Positions 54,074 through 64,000 of a stretch of DNA of 64,000 nt are shown piece by piece. The position numbers and the translations under genes were made by a program. The stretch's first letter is position 1. The number at the start of each line of letters is the position of its first letter. The notes under the pieces are model-generated. The model saw only the letters and a list, made by a program, of their open reading frames with translations. It had not been told where the DNA came from and did no database searches. The stretch is from Candidatus Omnitrophota bacterium (GTDB lineage: Bacteria; Omnitrophota; Gorgyraeia; Gygaellales; Profunditerraquicolaceae), in contig JAPLLW010000016.1 of the NCBI GenBank assembly GCA_026387355.1, positions 6,240 through 70,239 of the forward strand. Direction: 5' to 3'.

Positions 54074-54687
54074 CTTTTTTTAACAGCTAATAAATCCATT
54101 ATTTCGGATGCGCAAAGCTCCATATCAGAGATAAAATTATCGATCTTTTTTAAAAAATAATTATAGGCCATAACCGCAGGCACTGCCACGCATAAACCTA
54201 CGGCTGTGCAAGCAAGCGCCTCAGAGATACCATTGATTACTACGCTAATTCCACCAGCTCCACTTAATGAAATATCGTGAAATGCGCGAATTATTCCTAA
54301 AACGGTTCCAAATAGCCCGATATATACCGCAGTACTTCCTATGGTTCCCACAATACTGGCATAGCGCTCTAATTTAGTAGTCTCGACCGTGATCTCTCTT
54401 TCCATGGTGTTAGAAATAAGCACTTCGCTATGGCCATGCAGAGTCAATCCAGAAAATACAACACCGGCAAATGGAGTATCTGTCTCTTTACAAATCACTA
54501 AAGCCTTACCCACCTCTCCCTTTTCCAGCTCACGGGTAATCTTTAGCATAAAAGCAACTCTCTTCATGCGCGATCTCTTCTTATAATATCTAATTCTCTC
54601 AATAATAATGGTAAGCGATAAAACAGAACACGCTATTAAAATGTATACGGTAAATCCCCCGGCTTTAAGCAATTGCCATATTGTCAT
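54070..54687 (-). CDS. exbB: MotA/TolQ/ExbB-family proton channel
   Basis: 205 aa, three TM helices with a conserved C-terminal channel region. Confidence 0.75.
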   Translation of the reverse strand: MTIWQLLKAGGFTVYILIACSVLSLTIIIERIRYYKKRSRMKRVAFMLKITRELEKGEVGKALVICKETDTPFAGVVFSGLTLHGHSEVLISNTMEREITVETTKLERYASIVGTIGSTAVYIGLFGTVLGIIRAFHDISLSGAGGISVVINGISEALACTAVGLCVAVPAVMAYNYFLKKIDNFISDMELCASEIMDLLAVKKR

Positions 54688-55206
54688 CTAGAATTCCTCC
54701 TTAAGAATTTCTTTAATCTTAGCTACACAAAAATCAGCTGACTTTTTCACGACTAGAGAAACCTTACTGTTAAATTTAAGCTCCTTAGGCTGAATACCAA
54801 GCACCATAACCTGGCAATCCAAAGATTGAATTAGGTAATCCGCCAGAATACTTAAAGGTAACTGATGCGTTGAAAAAGATACCCCGCCTATTTTATCCGC
54901 CTCAATAAGCTCAATTGCGCCTGCCGGCTTTCCTATATCAGCAGAATCAACGATTATGATGTGTGTTGGCTTAAACTTCTTTATTTCTCCGGTAATATTT
55001 TCCGGGGCAGTATCGCCAATAAAAACCTTGATTCTTTTTTCTTTCGGATTTTTCTGAATAAATCTATCCAAGCCACGGGCGACAATAATTCCGGCAGCAT
55101 CATCGCCTCGCAGAACTGAGCCAACCCCAAGCAGAGCGATCTTTTTTGCCTTCTTTAATCTACTGCTTAGGGCAATCTTTAGGCCTAGATTCATCCTGAA
55201 AAACAA
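54688..55206 (-). CDS. hycI: [NiFe]-hydrogenase maturation endopeptidase (HycI/HyaD family)
   Basis: [16 protein letters not shown] ... [16 protein letters not shown], typical of hydrogenase C-terminal processing proteases. Confidence 0.75.
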   Translation of the reverse strand: MFFRMNLGLKIALSSRLKKAKKIALLGVGSVLRGDDAAGIIVARGLDRFIQKNPKEKRIKVFIGDTAPENITGEIKKFKPTHIIIVDSADIGKPAGAIELIEADKIGGVSFSTHQLPLSILADYLIQSLDCQVMVLGIQPKELKFNSKVSLVVKKSADFCVAKIKEILKEEF

Positions 55207-55543
55207 CCTTTAGTTTTTCGCGGTCTAATTGGGCAAGCTCCACATCGCTTGTGCAAAGAAGTGCCTTTTTAAAACACGAATCTACACACTGGCCGCAGAA
55301 TATACATTTACTATTATCAATTTGAGCCTGGAATTGTTTTTCACCGGTCTTAACAATCACTATCGCGCCTGTCGGACAATCCTTCATGCACATCTTACAA
55401 CCAACGCATTTCTCAGGAAAGAATTTAAGTTTGCCGCGGTAATTGTCTGCCATCTCCAGCTTCTCAGCAGGATATTTACTTGTCGCCGGCTTTTTAAATA
55501 TAGAACGCAAAACCTCCTGCATCATCTTGCCGGGCCTAATCAT
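55160..55543 (-). CDS. 2x[4Fe-4S] ferredoxin subunit (NuoI/HycF-like)
   Basis: Two CxxCxxCxxxCP motifs ([23 protein letters not shown]). Confidence 0.8.
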   Translation of the reverse strand: MIRPGKMMQEVLRSIFKKPATSKYPAEKLEMADNYRGKLKFFPEKCVGCKMCMKDCPTGAIVIVKTGEKQFQAQIDNSKCIFCGQCVDSCFKKALLCTSDVELAQLDREKLKVVFQDESRPKDCPKQ

Positions 55544-56478
55544 CGCAAAACTCCTTTTAAGACAAGGTTAATCAAGATTTGTAGGAGCGCAAAAGGAACC
55601 AGAAGTTTCCAGCAGAAATCAATCATCTGGTCTATGCGTAACCGCGCTACAACTGTACGCAATAAAGAAATTAAGGCGATAATTCCTAAGATTTTCAGGA
55701 TAAAAACAACAAAACTTAAAAACGCACTTTGAAAGAACCCGAATGGGAAAAATACCGCAGCTAATAGAGCTGCTCCTGATACCATTTCAATATCAATACA
55801 CAATCTTAAAAATGCCAAGAGCTTCCCGCTATACTCCGTAAAAGCTCCTGCAACAACCTCAGTCTCTGCCTCAGGGATATCAAAAGGGGTCTTCTCAAGT
55901 TTACCCAAGAGTGCAACAAGTGAAACAAAGAAACCGATTAAATTAAAACACCAATACCAGGGATGCCGAGTATAAAATAAAACTATATCTACTAGCGACC
56001 AGCTATTCGCTAACAGGGCAGATGCCAATATGCTCATAAATAAAGGAACTTCGTAGGCGAATAACTGAGTTACCGCGCGCACTGAGCCAATCCTGGCGAA
56101 TAATGAAGTGGAATACCAGCCGCCAATGAAAAATGCCAGAGTGGGAATAGTAAGCAGATATAGAACCATAATAATATCGCCATTAAAAGAAAAAGGCGAG
56201 CTTGTATGCCAGAGCGGCGTATAAAGAAATGCTGTAATCACCGCCGTAAGAGCAAAAAGCGGGGCTGCATGAAACATGCGCGGGTTTGCCTGACAAGGAG
56301 TCACCTCTTCCTTGGCAATCAGCTTAATAATATCTGCAAAAGGCTGAAACCAGGGCGGACCGATTCTATTCTGTAATCTGGCATACAACTTCCTATCCAC
56401 ATATTCGGCTAATAAACCGGCAATGCTCACAAAAAGAAAACCCGGAAATACCAGAATATACAATAGCTCTTTAATCAT
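55540..56478 (-). CDS. NuoH/HycD-like membrane subunit
   Basis: 312 aa polytopic. Complex-I subunit-1 family features. Confidence 0.75.
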   Translation of the reverse strand: MIKELLYILVFPGFLFVSIAGLLAEYVDRKLYARLQNRIGPPWFQPFADIIKLIAKEEVTPCQANPRMFHAAPLFALTAVITAFLYTPLWHTSSPFSFNGDIIMVLYLLTIPTLAFFIGGWYSTSLFARIGSVRAVTQLFAYEVPLFMSILASALLANSWSLVDIVLFYTRHPWYWCFNLIGFFVSLVALLGKLEKTPFDIPEAETEVVAGAFTEYSGKLLAFLRLCIDIEMVSGAALLAAVFFPFGFFQSAFLSFVVFILKILGIIALISLLRTVVARLRIDQMIDFCWKLLVPFALLQILINLVLKGVLR

Positions 56479-56482
56479 CAGG

Positions 56483-57718
56483 TTAAACCTTTAATCCCGC
56501 TTTGAAACGCTTATTCAAATCAGTAAAATCCGTCCCTCTTTCTCGATGCCACCTAATACTATAATCATGCAAAGTCGCCCAGCTGATCGTCTCGTTCTTT
56601 TTATTGCTGTCATACTCAATAGAAACCATCCTATCAGTACAAGAAAAACAAGGATCAATCGCGGCAATCACAATCGGCATATCCGCAAGATATCTGTCTT
56701 TAAGCATATGTTTTACTACTTGAATGTTCGCCAAGGTAGGCGCCCTTATTTTTACTCTCTCGGGCATCTCGCTTCCGTTGGCTTTAACATAATGCACATC
56801 TTCTCCGCGCGGTGCCTCGTATCGGCTAATCGCCTCTCCCGCAGGAATCTTACGCGCCACCTTTACTACAATCGGGCCTTGTGGCATATTCGCAATAGTC
56901 TGACGGATAATCTTATAGGACTCCATCAGTTCTTTTACGCGCACTATGGTGCGACCAAAAACATCGCAATGATTGTCGGTAATTACTTTAAAATCTAACT
57001 CGCCATAAGCAGCATAAGGATCATCCCTTCGCACATCCCTATCCAGACCTGATGCCCGGCCAGTTGGTCCAACCGCTTCCAGCCTTACTGCATCATCATA
57101 CGATACCACTCCTACTCCGGATAATCTTTTAATAATGGTTGTCTCTTTTGTCGCAACATCAATATAATATTTTGTCCTCTCTTCAAGCTGGCTAACTGCT
57201 TTTAAAACATCATTCGCCTGCTCAGGAGTAATATCGCGACGCACTCCACCGATAGTATTCATCCCATAATTAACGCGATTCCCGGTTAACATTGCTAAAA
57301 TATCCATTACAATCTCGCGGTCGCGCCAACTATACATTAAAAGCGTATCAAATCCTATTTCATGGCCGGCAACACCCAGCCAAAGAAGATGACTATGCAC
57401 GCGCTCAAGTTCGGCAATAAGTGTCCTTATGTAAAGGGCCCTCTTGGGGACTTGAATGCCGGCAATCTCCTCGATCGCCTGCACAAAACAGGTAGCGTGA
57501 GTATGAGAACATATCCCGCAAACGCGCTCTATAAGATATAAATCCTGAGTATACGTATTCTGTTCGCATGCCTTTTCAATACCACGATGGTTATAACCGA
57601 GTCTAATCTCTACCCCTAGAATTTTCTCTCCTTTAAGGGCAACGCTAAACCCCTCCGGCTCTTTTAAGGCAGGGTGCTGCGGCCCCATAGGAATATTAAA
57701 TTTGTGTGAGTCATGCAT
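56483..57718 (-). CDS. group-4 [NiFe] hydrogenase large subunit (NuoD/HycE-like) with intact Ni-Fe ligands
   Basis: N-terminal RVCGICSHTH (RxCGxCxxxH) and C-terminal DPCFSCTDR (DPCxxCxxR) followed by a ~45-aa tail, as in HycE which is processed after the Arg. Confidence 0.85.
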   Translation of the reverse strand: MHDSHKFNIPMGPQHPALKEPEGFSVALKGEKILGVEIRLGYNHRGIEKACEQNTYTQDLYLIERVCGICSHTHATCFVQAIEEIAGIQVPKRALYIRTLIAELERVHSHLLWLGVAGHEIGFDTLLMYSWRDREIVMDILAMLTGNRVNYGMNTIGGVRRDITPEQANDVLKAVSQLEERTKYYIDVATKETTIIKRLSGVGVVSYDDAVRLEAVGPTGRASGLDRDVRRDDPYAAYGELDFKVITDNHCDVFGRTIVRVKELMESYKIIRQTIANMPQGPIVVKVARKIPAGEAISRYEAPRGEDVHYVKANGSEMPERVKIRAPTLANIQVVKHMLKDRYLADMPIVIAAIDPCFSCTDRMVSIEYDSNKKNETISWATLHDYSIRWHRERGTDFTDLNKRFKAGLKV

Positions 57719-57736
57719 ATTTAAAAGCCTCCTATT

Positions 57737-58189
57737 TTATTCTTTTGCAGGATGCCAATCTTTACGTAAAGGAAACTCTCCCTGCGGCCAATCATCAGTT
57801 AAAGGATAACGATTGCCTTTAGGTAAGCCTTCTACCTTAGCTCCAAATAAATCCACTAGTTCACGCTCGTAAATCTCTGCGCTTACAAAATAAGGCATTA
57901 CTGTCTTTAGTACCGGGTTCGTCTTTGGTGCGCTTACCTTTATATTTAAGATTAATCCGCAGTCATGCGCAAGATGGTAAACAAAACTTAAATTCTCCCC
58001 CTCATCCAGCCCGCTAATAGTTAAAAGATGATTAAACTTTAATTCTTCTTTTGAGAATTTGATAATTTCTGCCAGATTCTGTAAATCTACGCTAAAGAAT
58101 ATCCTCCTAGCGCGCGTAATATTAACCTTACCCGAAAGATAACTAAATTTATCTTCTAACTCCTGCTTAATCTTCTCTTCTTGCGACAT
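57737..58189 (-). CDS. NuoC / HycE-N-like 30-kDa subunit
   Basis: 150 aa, Complex1_30kDa fold motifs. Confidence 0.7.
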   Translation of the reverse strand: MSQEEKIKQELEDKFSYLSGKVNITRARRIFFSVDLQNLAEIIKFSKEELKFNHLLTISGLDEGENLSFVYHLAHDCGLILNIKVSAPKTNPVLKTVMPYFVSAEIYERELVDLFGAKVEGLPKGNRYPLTDDWPQGEFPLRKDWHPAKE

Positions 58190-58668
58190 TACTCTCCTCC
58201 TACGGGTATTTCTTTAATAGTTTTAGGGCTAGCTTTAGATTCATCAAGACTTACCAGTAATTTTATTACTCCATCGATTATCGCCTTAGGACTGGCAGGG
58301 CAACCCGGTATGTACGCAGAAACCGGAATAGTTGTATCAATTCCGCCTTTTATATTATAGCAATCTTTAAATACCCCACCGCTACAAGAGCATGTGCCTA
58401 CCGCAACCACAAATTTAGGCTCAGCCATCTGCTCATAAATCCTTATAAGCCTGTCTTCTATTTGTTTAGTCACCGGGCCCGAACAAACTAATACATCCGC
58501 ATGCCTCGGGGTACCTTTAAGCTGTATGCCAAAACGCTCTATATCATAACGCGGAGTGAGCGCTGCAATAATCTCAATGTCGCAGGCATTGCATGCCCCG
58601 GTATTAAAATGCAGTATCCAGGGAGATTTTATTCTAGCCCAGGTTACAACCTTCTTAACTAGATTCAT
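58189..58668 (-). CDS. [NiFe] hydrogenase small subunit (NuoB-like, proximal [4Fe-4S])
   Basis: Cys ligands in GACNAC, GTCSCSGG and GCPASP. Confidence 0.85.
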   Translation of the reverse strand: MNLVKKVVTWARIKSPWILHFNTGACNACDIEIIAALTPRYDIERFGIQLKGTPRHADVLVCSGPVTKQIEDRLIRIYEQMAEPKFVVAVGTCSCSGGVFKDCYNIKGGIDTTIPVSAYIPGCPASPKAIIDGVIKLLVSLDESKASPKTIKEIPVGGE

Positions 58669-59009
58669 GCTTGCCTCTTTAATATAATAGTCAAACCCAC
58701 AATTGCACCCAATATATAAATAACCGCTATGGCAAAACTCCTCAAACTTTCAATGGGAACTGTTGCGATCATCAATGTAGCTACGTGCGCAAGTGTGAAG
58801 AAAAAAGCAAAAGGGAAGAAATTACTGTAATCCGGCTGAGCCATGTGATTATAATTATCCTCGCCGCAGGCATACGATTCACCTAATCCTTTAGCGATCT
58901 TCTTAGGCTTAAAGGCTAAACGGGATAATAAAACCGAAAGCAATATGCAAAAGAGAAGTATGATTATAAAAACTACCGGTGGATAGACAAGAAAGCTAGG
59001 CATTATCAC
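58665..59009 (-). CDS. NuoA (ND3)-like small membrane subunit
   Basis: Three TM helices. Loop SYACGED resembles the PYECG motif of NuoA. Confidence 0.5.
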   Translation of the reverse strand: MIMPSFLVYPPVVFIIILLFCILLSVLLSRLAFKPKKIAKGLGESYACGEDNYNHMAQPDYSNFFPFAFFFTLAHVATLMIATVPIESLRSFAIAVIYILGAIVGLTIILKRQA

Positions 59010-59326
59010 CCCTTCATGTTCCTGATATTTCTTATGTCGAGCGAATTCTTATGTGTATGTATTCCCAAAACTACACCTACGCTAACCGCCATAACTACTG
59101 CCTCAATAACTATTAAAGTAATAACTAGGGCCTGGGTTAACGCTACATGATCGGTGATATACCCGACGACAATCAAAAGAAGCGTAACTGCCTTAATTAA
59201 AATTTCAACTCCGATCAGCGCCCTGATTAGATTAAGGGTGGCAAAGAGGCAGTAAATCCCAATGACTAAAAGCATGAGTACGAAAACAAGAAAGGGCCAA
59301 AGTAATTGCAATGACTCAGCGTACAT
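59006..59326 (-). CDS. NuoK (ND4L)/MrpC-like membrane subunit
   Basis: 106 aa, three TM helices with a Glu in the TM2-like helix (IGVEILIKA). Confidence 0.6.
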   Translation of the reverse strand: MYAESLQLLWPFLVFVLMLLVIGIYCLFATLNLIRALIGVEILIKAVTLLLIVVGYITDHVALTQALVITLIVIEAVVMAVSVGVVLGIHTHKNSLDIRNIRNMKG

Positions 59327-59810
59327 TCTTACGCATCTCCTTAAATAGTATGACTACAGCAAAAGCTCCTGCCAAAAGTATAATTATCTGTCCGAATAAA
59401 TCTAATTGCCTAAAATTCCATAAGAGATTACGCACATTGCGCTCTGTCTCCGGGATAGGCAAAATTAAATCAAAATTTACCTTAATGAGCAAAAGAATTA
59501 ATCCTAAACCCAGGATTATAAAAGGTAAGAGCCTGAAACGCACTAACATAAGTTTCATACGCTCGATAATCTCTTTTTGCGAATACGGCTGAGTAAGGCT
59601 GATTACGCTTACAAACAAAACCGAGATTAAGCCTGCGCAAACCGAGAGTTCAAAAACCGCGGCAAGCGGTGAGGCGAGCCTAAACATTATTATAGCAAGT
59701 ATCACGCTAGTAAGTGCCAGGCCTATGCCTGAACGCAGAAGGCTTCTCGTCATTACCGTCCAGAGACTAGCCAAAACCAGAGCCACTAGAATAATTATGT
59801 TCAAAAACAC
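59316..59810 (-). CDS. NuoJ (ND6)-like membrane subunit
   Basis: 164 aa polytopic. AAVFELSVCAGLISVLFV resembles the NuoJ TM3 region. Confidence 0.5.
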   Translation of the reverse strand: MFLNIIILVALVLASLWTVMTRSLLRSGIGLALTSVILAIIMFRLASPLAAVFELSVCAGLISVLFVSVISLTQPYSQKEIIERMKLMLVRFRLLPFIILGLGLILLLIKVNFDLILPIPETERNVRNLLWNFRQLDLFGQIIILLAGAFAVVILFKEMRKNVR

Positions 59811-59811
59811 A

Positions 59812-61245
59812 TTAACCTCCGAAGATACTACTTACCGGCAAAATAAAAGTATTCAGTAAATAAGGGAAAGCTAATCCTGCACCCACGGTGATTACTGCAA
59901 GCAAAACTGTAGGAATCATAAAACCAAGCCCACCCTCCTTTATGTTCATAAGGTCTTCTCTTAATTTACCGAAGAAGACCATTCTTTGTAATGAGAGAAA
60001 GTAGGCTAGGGTCAAAACACTCCCCATTACTGCTATAATCGCATAAATATAATTACCGGATAACCAAAGGGCGATAACAATAATTAACTTACTCCAAAAT
60101 CCTGCCAAGGGCGGAATACCTGCCGCAGATAAACTCGCCAAGACCGAACTAAATCCTGTTATGGGCATCTTAGCGCTTAAGCCGCCGAGTTTCTGCATAT
60201 CCCGTGTGCCGGCCTGCGCTTCAACTGTTGCTGCATTCACAAAAAGCAGCGACTTAAAGATTGTGTGATTAAATAAGTGGAAAAGTGCGCCGGCTATGCC
60301 TAAGGTCGTACCACATCCTAACCCTAAAACTATATAACCTACCTGACTAATACTGGAAAAAGAAAGCATCCTCTTAAAATCAGTCTGGCCTAAAGCTGCT
60401 AACGCGGCAAAGATAATTGACGAAGCACCTACAAACATTAAAATCTTTTGAATCGGTAGATATAAACCAAATACCGATATCACTATGCGCATTAATGTAT
60501 AAACCCCTACGGTCTTAGTTACCACCCCTGCCAATAATACAGATACCGGACCAGGTGCAGCCGTATATGCATCGGGAAGCCAACCATGAAAAGGCATAAG
60601 CCCTGCCTTTATAAAAAGGCCACAGATAAAAGTTATCATAGCGATCATAATCAACGGATTATATGTTGAATACAATAAGCTTGCGGATATCGCCGAAAAA
60701 GAAGTGCTCCCTGAGACAAGCAAAAGTAAGGCAATAGCGGTTAACATCATAATGCTTGCTACTGACGAGAGTATAATATATTTGAACGCCCCCTCTAAAG
60801 CCAGCATCTCTTTATTAAAAGCTATTAAAACAAATGATCCTACTGCTACAATTTCAAGAAAAACATACAAAGAAAATATATCCGTTACCAGCACAACACC
60901 GTTTAACCCCGAGACGATAATAAGCAAAAGATTAATAAAGTTAAACCTGCGATCGTCATCTTTAATCATTTGCTTAGCTAAAATAATCGTTACAAAGAAG
61001 ACGATCCCAATACAAAGTAACAAAACCCTTGTTATATTATCTGCGGCAAGATCAAACTTAAAGAAGTTGCTGATTACATATATAAAGCTACTCTGGTGAT
61101 ACGTTTCAGGGAAAATAGCAAAAATTATCTGCGCAACCGATAATAATAATGCAACCCAAAGGGCAGTCTTCTTCGCCCAGCCCTTTAAGAACATATTCAT
61201 TATCAGGACACAGAAAAACGGTTTTAGGATTAATGCAGAATACAC
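59812..61245 (-). CDS. NuoN/MrpD-like antiporter subunit
   Basis: 477 aa. PFHGWLPDAYTAAPGPVSVLL broken-helix motif of the Mrp/ND2/4/5 family. Confidence 0.8.
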   Translation of the reverse strand: MYSALILKPFFCVLIMNMFLKGWAKKTALWVALLLSVAQIIFAIFPETYHQSSFIYVISNFFKFDLAADNITRVLLLCIGIVFFVTIILAKQMIKDDDRRFNFINLLLIIVSGLNGVVLVTDIFSLYVFLEIVAVGSFVLIAFNKEMLALEGAFKYIILSSVASIMMLTAIALLLLVSGSTSFSAISASLLYSTYNPLIMIAMITFICGLFIKAGLMPFHGWLPDAYTAAPGPVSVLLAGVVTKTVGVYTLMRIVISVFGLYLPIQKILMFVGASSIIFAALAALGQTDFKRMLSFSSISQVGYIVLGLGCGTTLGIAGALFHLFNHTIFKSLLFVNAATVEAQAGTRDMQKLGGLSAKMPITGFSSVLASLSAAGIPPLAGFWSKLIIVIALWLSGNYIYAIIAVMGSVLTLAYFLSLQRMVFFGKLREDLMNIKEGGLGFMIPTVLLAVITVGAGLAFPYLLNTFILPVSSIFGG

Positions 61246-61258
61246 TAAAATTCTCCTT

Positions 61259-63097
61259 CTAAATAGAACGCAACAAAAACAAAATTACAAAAAACATACC
61301 TAAAAGCGACCAGGCCAGATAAACCGAGAAATTCCCCGTGTGCAGCTTTCTTATCCCGCCCGTTAAAGCTAAGGTTAAATTCACAGTAAATTTATCGTAT
61401 ATCCAATCAATGCCACGATCAATTCCATAACCAACTCTTGAAATTACGTTTACTAAATTTAACCCTATCTCGTATGGATCAAAGAACCTTCCCTCTGCCT
61501 TATTATAAATCCAGGATAACCCTGGGGCATAATGAATATGGTCTACGGCTTTTAAACCAGAACCATATCTTTTTACCCCGAAAAGATGATTTAATAAAGC
61601 CGCGGCCAAAACAATAAGCGTAACTACCACTAAGAATATATTTGTCGGTAAGCCATAGAAATTGTGGCCTCCAAGTCGAGCCTCTCCTAATATTGGTTGA
61701 ATAAAATTTTTAATCGGCAGGATATTAAAGACGCCAAAAATTATACAAGTAAGCGCAATAACTATCATGGGAAGCAGCATTGCAAGCGGTGCCTCTTTTA
61801 CATTCTTGTTCTCATCACTAATCTTACCCAGGAATGCTGCGTGACCCAATTTTAAGAATGAAGCGGCGGTAAGAAATGACCCGACAATTGCGGCAAGGTA
61901 AAATATCCACCCTCTCTCCAGCGCCCCATCATAGATAAGCTCTTTAGAGAAAAAACCGTTAAAAGGCGGCACTCCTGAGATAGCTAATGCTGCGACAGCA
62001 AAACAGACAAAGGTTATCGGCATATTCTTTCTTAAGCCGCCCAGCTTTGCTAAGTCTGTGCTCCCCGCTTCCTTCTCTACCGCGCCACCGGTAAGAAAAA
62101 GGCAGCTTTTATATAAAGCATTATTAACCATATGAAATAGCCCGCCGATAATACCCACAGGAAGCGCTGTCCCGATACCTAGAATCATATATCCAACCTG
62201 GCTAATAGCATGATACGAAAGCAGCTTTTTATAATCTTTCTGAATCAGCGCCATCATAACCGCTAAAATTATCGTAATTGACCCTATAGTCATAAGCATA
62301 ATGCTTATCCAGGTATGCGGATTCAATTTAAATAAATCCAAAGAGATTCTGGTTAAGAGATAAATTCCTAATAATTTTTCAAGGGCAGCCGGCATAAAAG
62401 CCATAAAAGGAAGCGGCGAATCAACTGCTGCGTCCGGAATCCAGCTATGAAACGGCATTGACCCTGCCTTTGAAATTGCACCGACCATTAATAAGATAAA
62501 AGCCAGACTACCAAGTAAATTCAAAGGAAGATTTATATTTGAAATAGTTAAAGTCCCGGCAAGTTGTCCGGTTAAAGCTATACCGAACATCATACATAGG
62601 TCTGTTATGCCTAAAATAATAAAGGCTTTGGTAGCAGTCTTAAAGGCGCCTTTGCCTCCGATAGCAATCAAACCGAATAAAGCTGCCAGAGATCCCTCCC
62701 AGAAAAAGAGCATAATCACCAGATTATCAGCAAGCACTGCCCCGTTAATAAAAGCCAGGGTGATCAAGAAATATGCGTAGAACTGATTTAAAAACTGCTT
62801 ACCGCGCATAAAAACAACTGAGTAGAACATAATCAGAAAACCGAAAAATGCGCTGGCAGATATTATAAATGCGCTAAAATGATATAGCCTTAATGAAAAC
62901 TCTAATCCGAATCCTACCCAGGGAAGTGCATAATAGAGGTTGGATTTAAATAAAGAAAACGTGACTACAAGATTTAATAATACGGCTATAAGCGAAATCC
63001 CCTCTTTTAATGCGCCGGACTTTTTAGGGGTAAGTAATGCGAGCAGGCCGCCAAGTAACGGTATTATAATAGGTAAGAGTAAGATCTTGTCTGTCAT
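61259..63097 (-). CDS. NuoL/MrpA-like antiporter subunit (long form)
   Basis: 612 aa. PFHSWIPDA motif plus a C-terminal extension consistent with the NuoL long helix. Confidence 0.8.
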   Translation of the reverse strand: MTDKILLLPIIIPLLGGLLALLTPKKSGALKEGISLIAVLLNLVVTFSLFKSNLYYALPWVGFGLEFSLRLYHFSAFIISASAFFGFLIMFYSVVFMRGKQFLNQFYAYFLITLAFINGAVLADNLVIMLFFWEGSLAALFGLIAIGGKGAFKTATKAFIILGITDLCMMFGIALTGQLAGTLTISNINLPLNLLGSLAFILLMVGAISKAGSMPFHSWIPDAAVDSPLPFMAFMPAALEKLLGIYLLTRISLDLFKLNPHTWISIMLMTIGSITIILAVMMALIQKDYKKLLSYHAISQVGYMILGIGTALPVGIIGGLFHMVNNALYKSCLFLTGGAVEKEAGSTDLAKLGGLRKNMPITFVCFAVAALAISGVPPFNGFFSKELIYDGALERGWIFYLAAIVGSFLTAASFLKLGHAAFLGKISDENKNVKEAPLAMLLPMIVIALTCIIFGVFNILPIKNFIQPILGEARLGGHNFYGLPTNIFLVVVTLIVLAAALLNHLFGVKRYGSGLKAVDHIHYAPGLSWIYNKAEGRFFDPYEIGLNLVNVISRVGYGIDRGIDWIYDKFTVNLTLALTGGIRKLHTGNFSVYLAWSLLGMFFVILFLLRSI

Positions 63098-64000
63098 CTA
63101 GCCACGCTCGCAATCTGCATCACAGTTCTCTGCACAAAAAAAGATGGATAGTTAATAAATATACCGCTAAACAAAGATAGTAAGCCTAAAAGGGCGACGC
63201 TAAAAATCATTACCGGGCTTGCCTCTTTTACTAGAGGAGCTTTAGCTTCGCTGAGAAAAACTAGATTAAATACCCTAAAAAGATAAATAATCGTTAAAAA
63301 CGCGCCAAACAAAAATACTGAACCTATCCATATCTGTCTAGCTTCTAAAGCGCCTGCAAAAACCAGATATTTACTAAAGAATCCTCCAAAAGGGGGTATC
63401 CCCATTACGGAGAAAGCGCAGAATAAGAATGCCACTGCGGTTATCGGCATTGTTTTAATTAATCCGCCGAGCTTAGTGATATCCTTTATCTTGGTATTCT
63501 GCTCAACTATGCCGGCACAAAGGAAGAGCCCGGCCTTAGCCAGTCCGTGCATTAATATGTAAAGCAGGGCTCCTGCAATGCCTAAGGTATTACCCAGCGC
63601 AAAACCAAAAAAGATAAAACCTATCTGGCTGATTGTGGAATACGCGATAATCCTTTTTAAATCAGTTTCTATAAGCGCAGCGCACGCGGCGACAATAGCG
63701 CTAGTAGCAGCTATTATGGGAATAAGCGTATGCCAAATATCGGGAAGGGTAAAAGTGACCAGGAACAACCTGGCAAAAACATAAACGCCGATTTTAACCA
63801 GCACCGCGGCGTGGAGCAAGGCTGTAACAGGCGAAGGGGCAACACCTGCATCAGGAAGCCAGGTATGAAAGGGGAGGGTTGCCGATTTAGAGAGAATCCC
63901 GACAAGTATCAATAATACTGCGATATTTGAAATCGGATCTTTAAGCAGCCACCTTATGCTAATCATATCAAAAGTCCCGGTCTGCTGATAAATATTTATA
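63094..64000 (-). CDS. NuoM/MrpD-like antiporter subunit (5' part lies beyond the window end)
   Basis: PFHTWLPDAGVAPSPVTALLHAAVLVKIG normally sits mid-protein. The Met at 63966 is therefore probably internal. Confidence 0.7.
   Translation of the reverse strand, partial: INIYQQTGTFDMISIRWLLKDPISNIAVLLILVGILSKSATLPFHTWLPDAGVAPSPVTALLHAAVLVKIGVYVFARLFLVTFTLPDIWHTLIPIIAATSAIVAACAALIETDLKRIIAYSTISQIGFIFFGFALGNTLGIAGALLYILMHGLAKAGLFLCAGIVEQNTKIKDITKLGGLIKTMPITAVAFLFCAFSVMGIPPFGGFFSKYLVFAGALEARQIWIGSVFLFGAFLTIIYLFRVFNLVFLSEAKAPLVKEASPVMIFSVALLGLLSLFSGIFINYPSFFVQRTVMQIASVAR

Overview
AT-rich bacterial chromosomal segment with LPS genes (lpxB, msbA-like), so a diderm. Gene density is very high and almost every gene is on the minus strand with tiny or overlapping junctions. 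No transposase, integrase, CRISPR array or phage genes are visible. Content from high to low coordinate: a complex-I-like 12-gene membrane-bound group-4 [NiFe] hydrogenase cluster with HycI protease; ExbB/ExbD; H+-pyrophosphatase; APC permease; a full F1Fo ATP synthase operon (atpZ-atpI-atpBEFHAGDC); an HD-GYP gene co-transcribed with a large paralogous-N-domain protein; carA plus only the N-terminal half of carB; DUF1846, DedA, beta-CASP nuclease, L27-like and M48 protease genes; a plus-strand Gfo/Idh/MocA oxidoreductase-lpxB pair; msbA; rpsB-tsf-pyrH-frr; three tRNAs (Lys-UUU, Leu-UAG, Gly-GCC); the nitrogen-PTS cluster (ptsN, yvcK-like, ptsH, ptsI); a nucleotidyltransferase, metK, ahcY, pfkA, class II aldolase, ilvDBNC-leuA, aroE, pilD, malQ, a HAMP/HD-GYP protein and a partial ttcA. 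The most unusual feature is a pair of diverged copies of a ~280-nt strongly GC-rich non-coding element, in opposite orientations in two intergenic regions (28537-28812 and 36014-36305). They share conserved termini and blocks, and a compensatory internal hairpin. I could not match them to RNase P, tmRNA, SRP or 6S RNA. A second small repeat family is built on the palindromic core GGGTCAGAATTA (365-398, 23419-23486).
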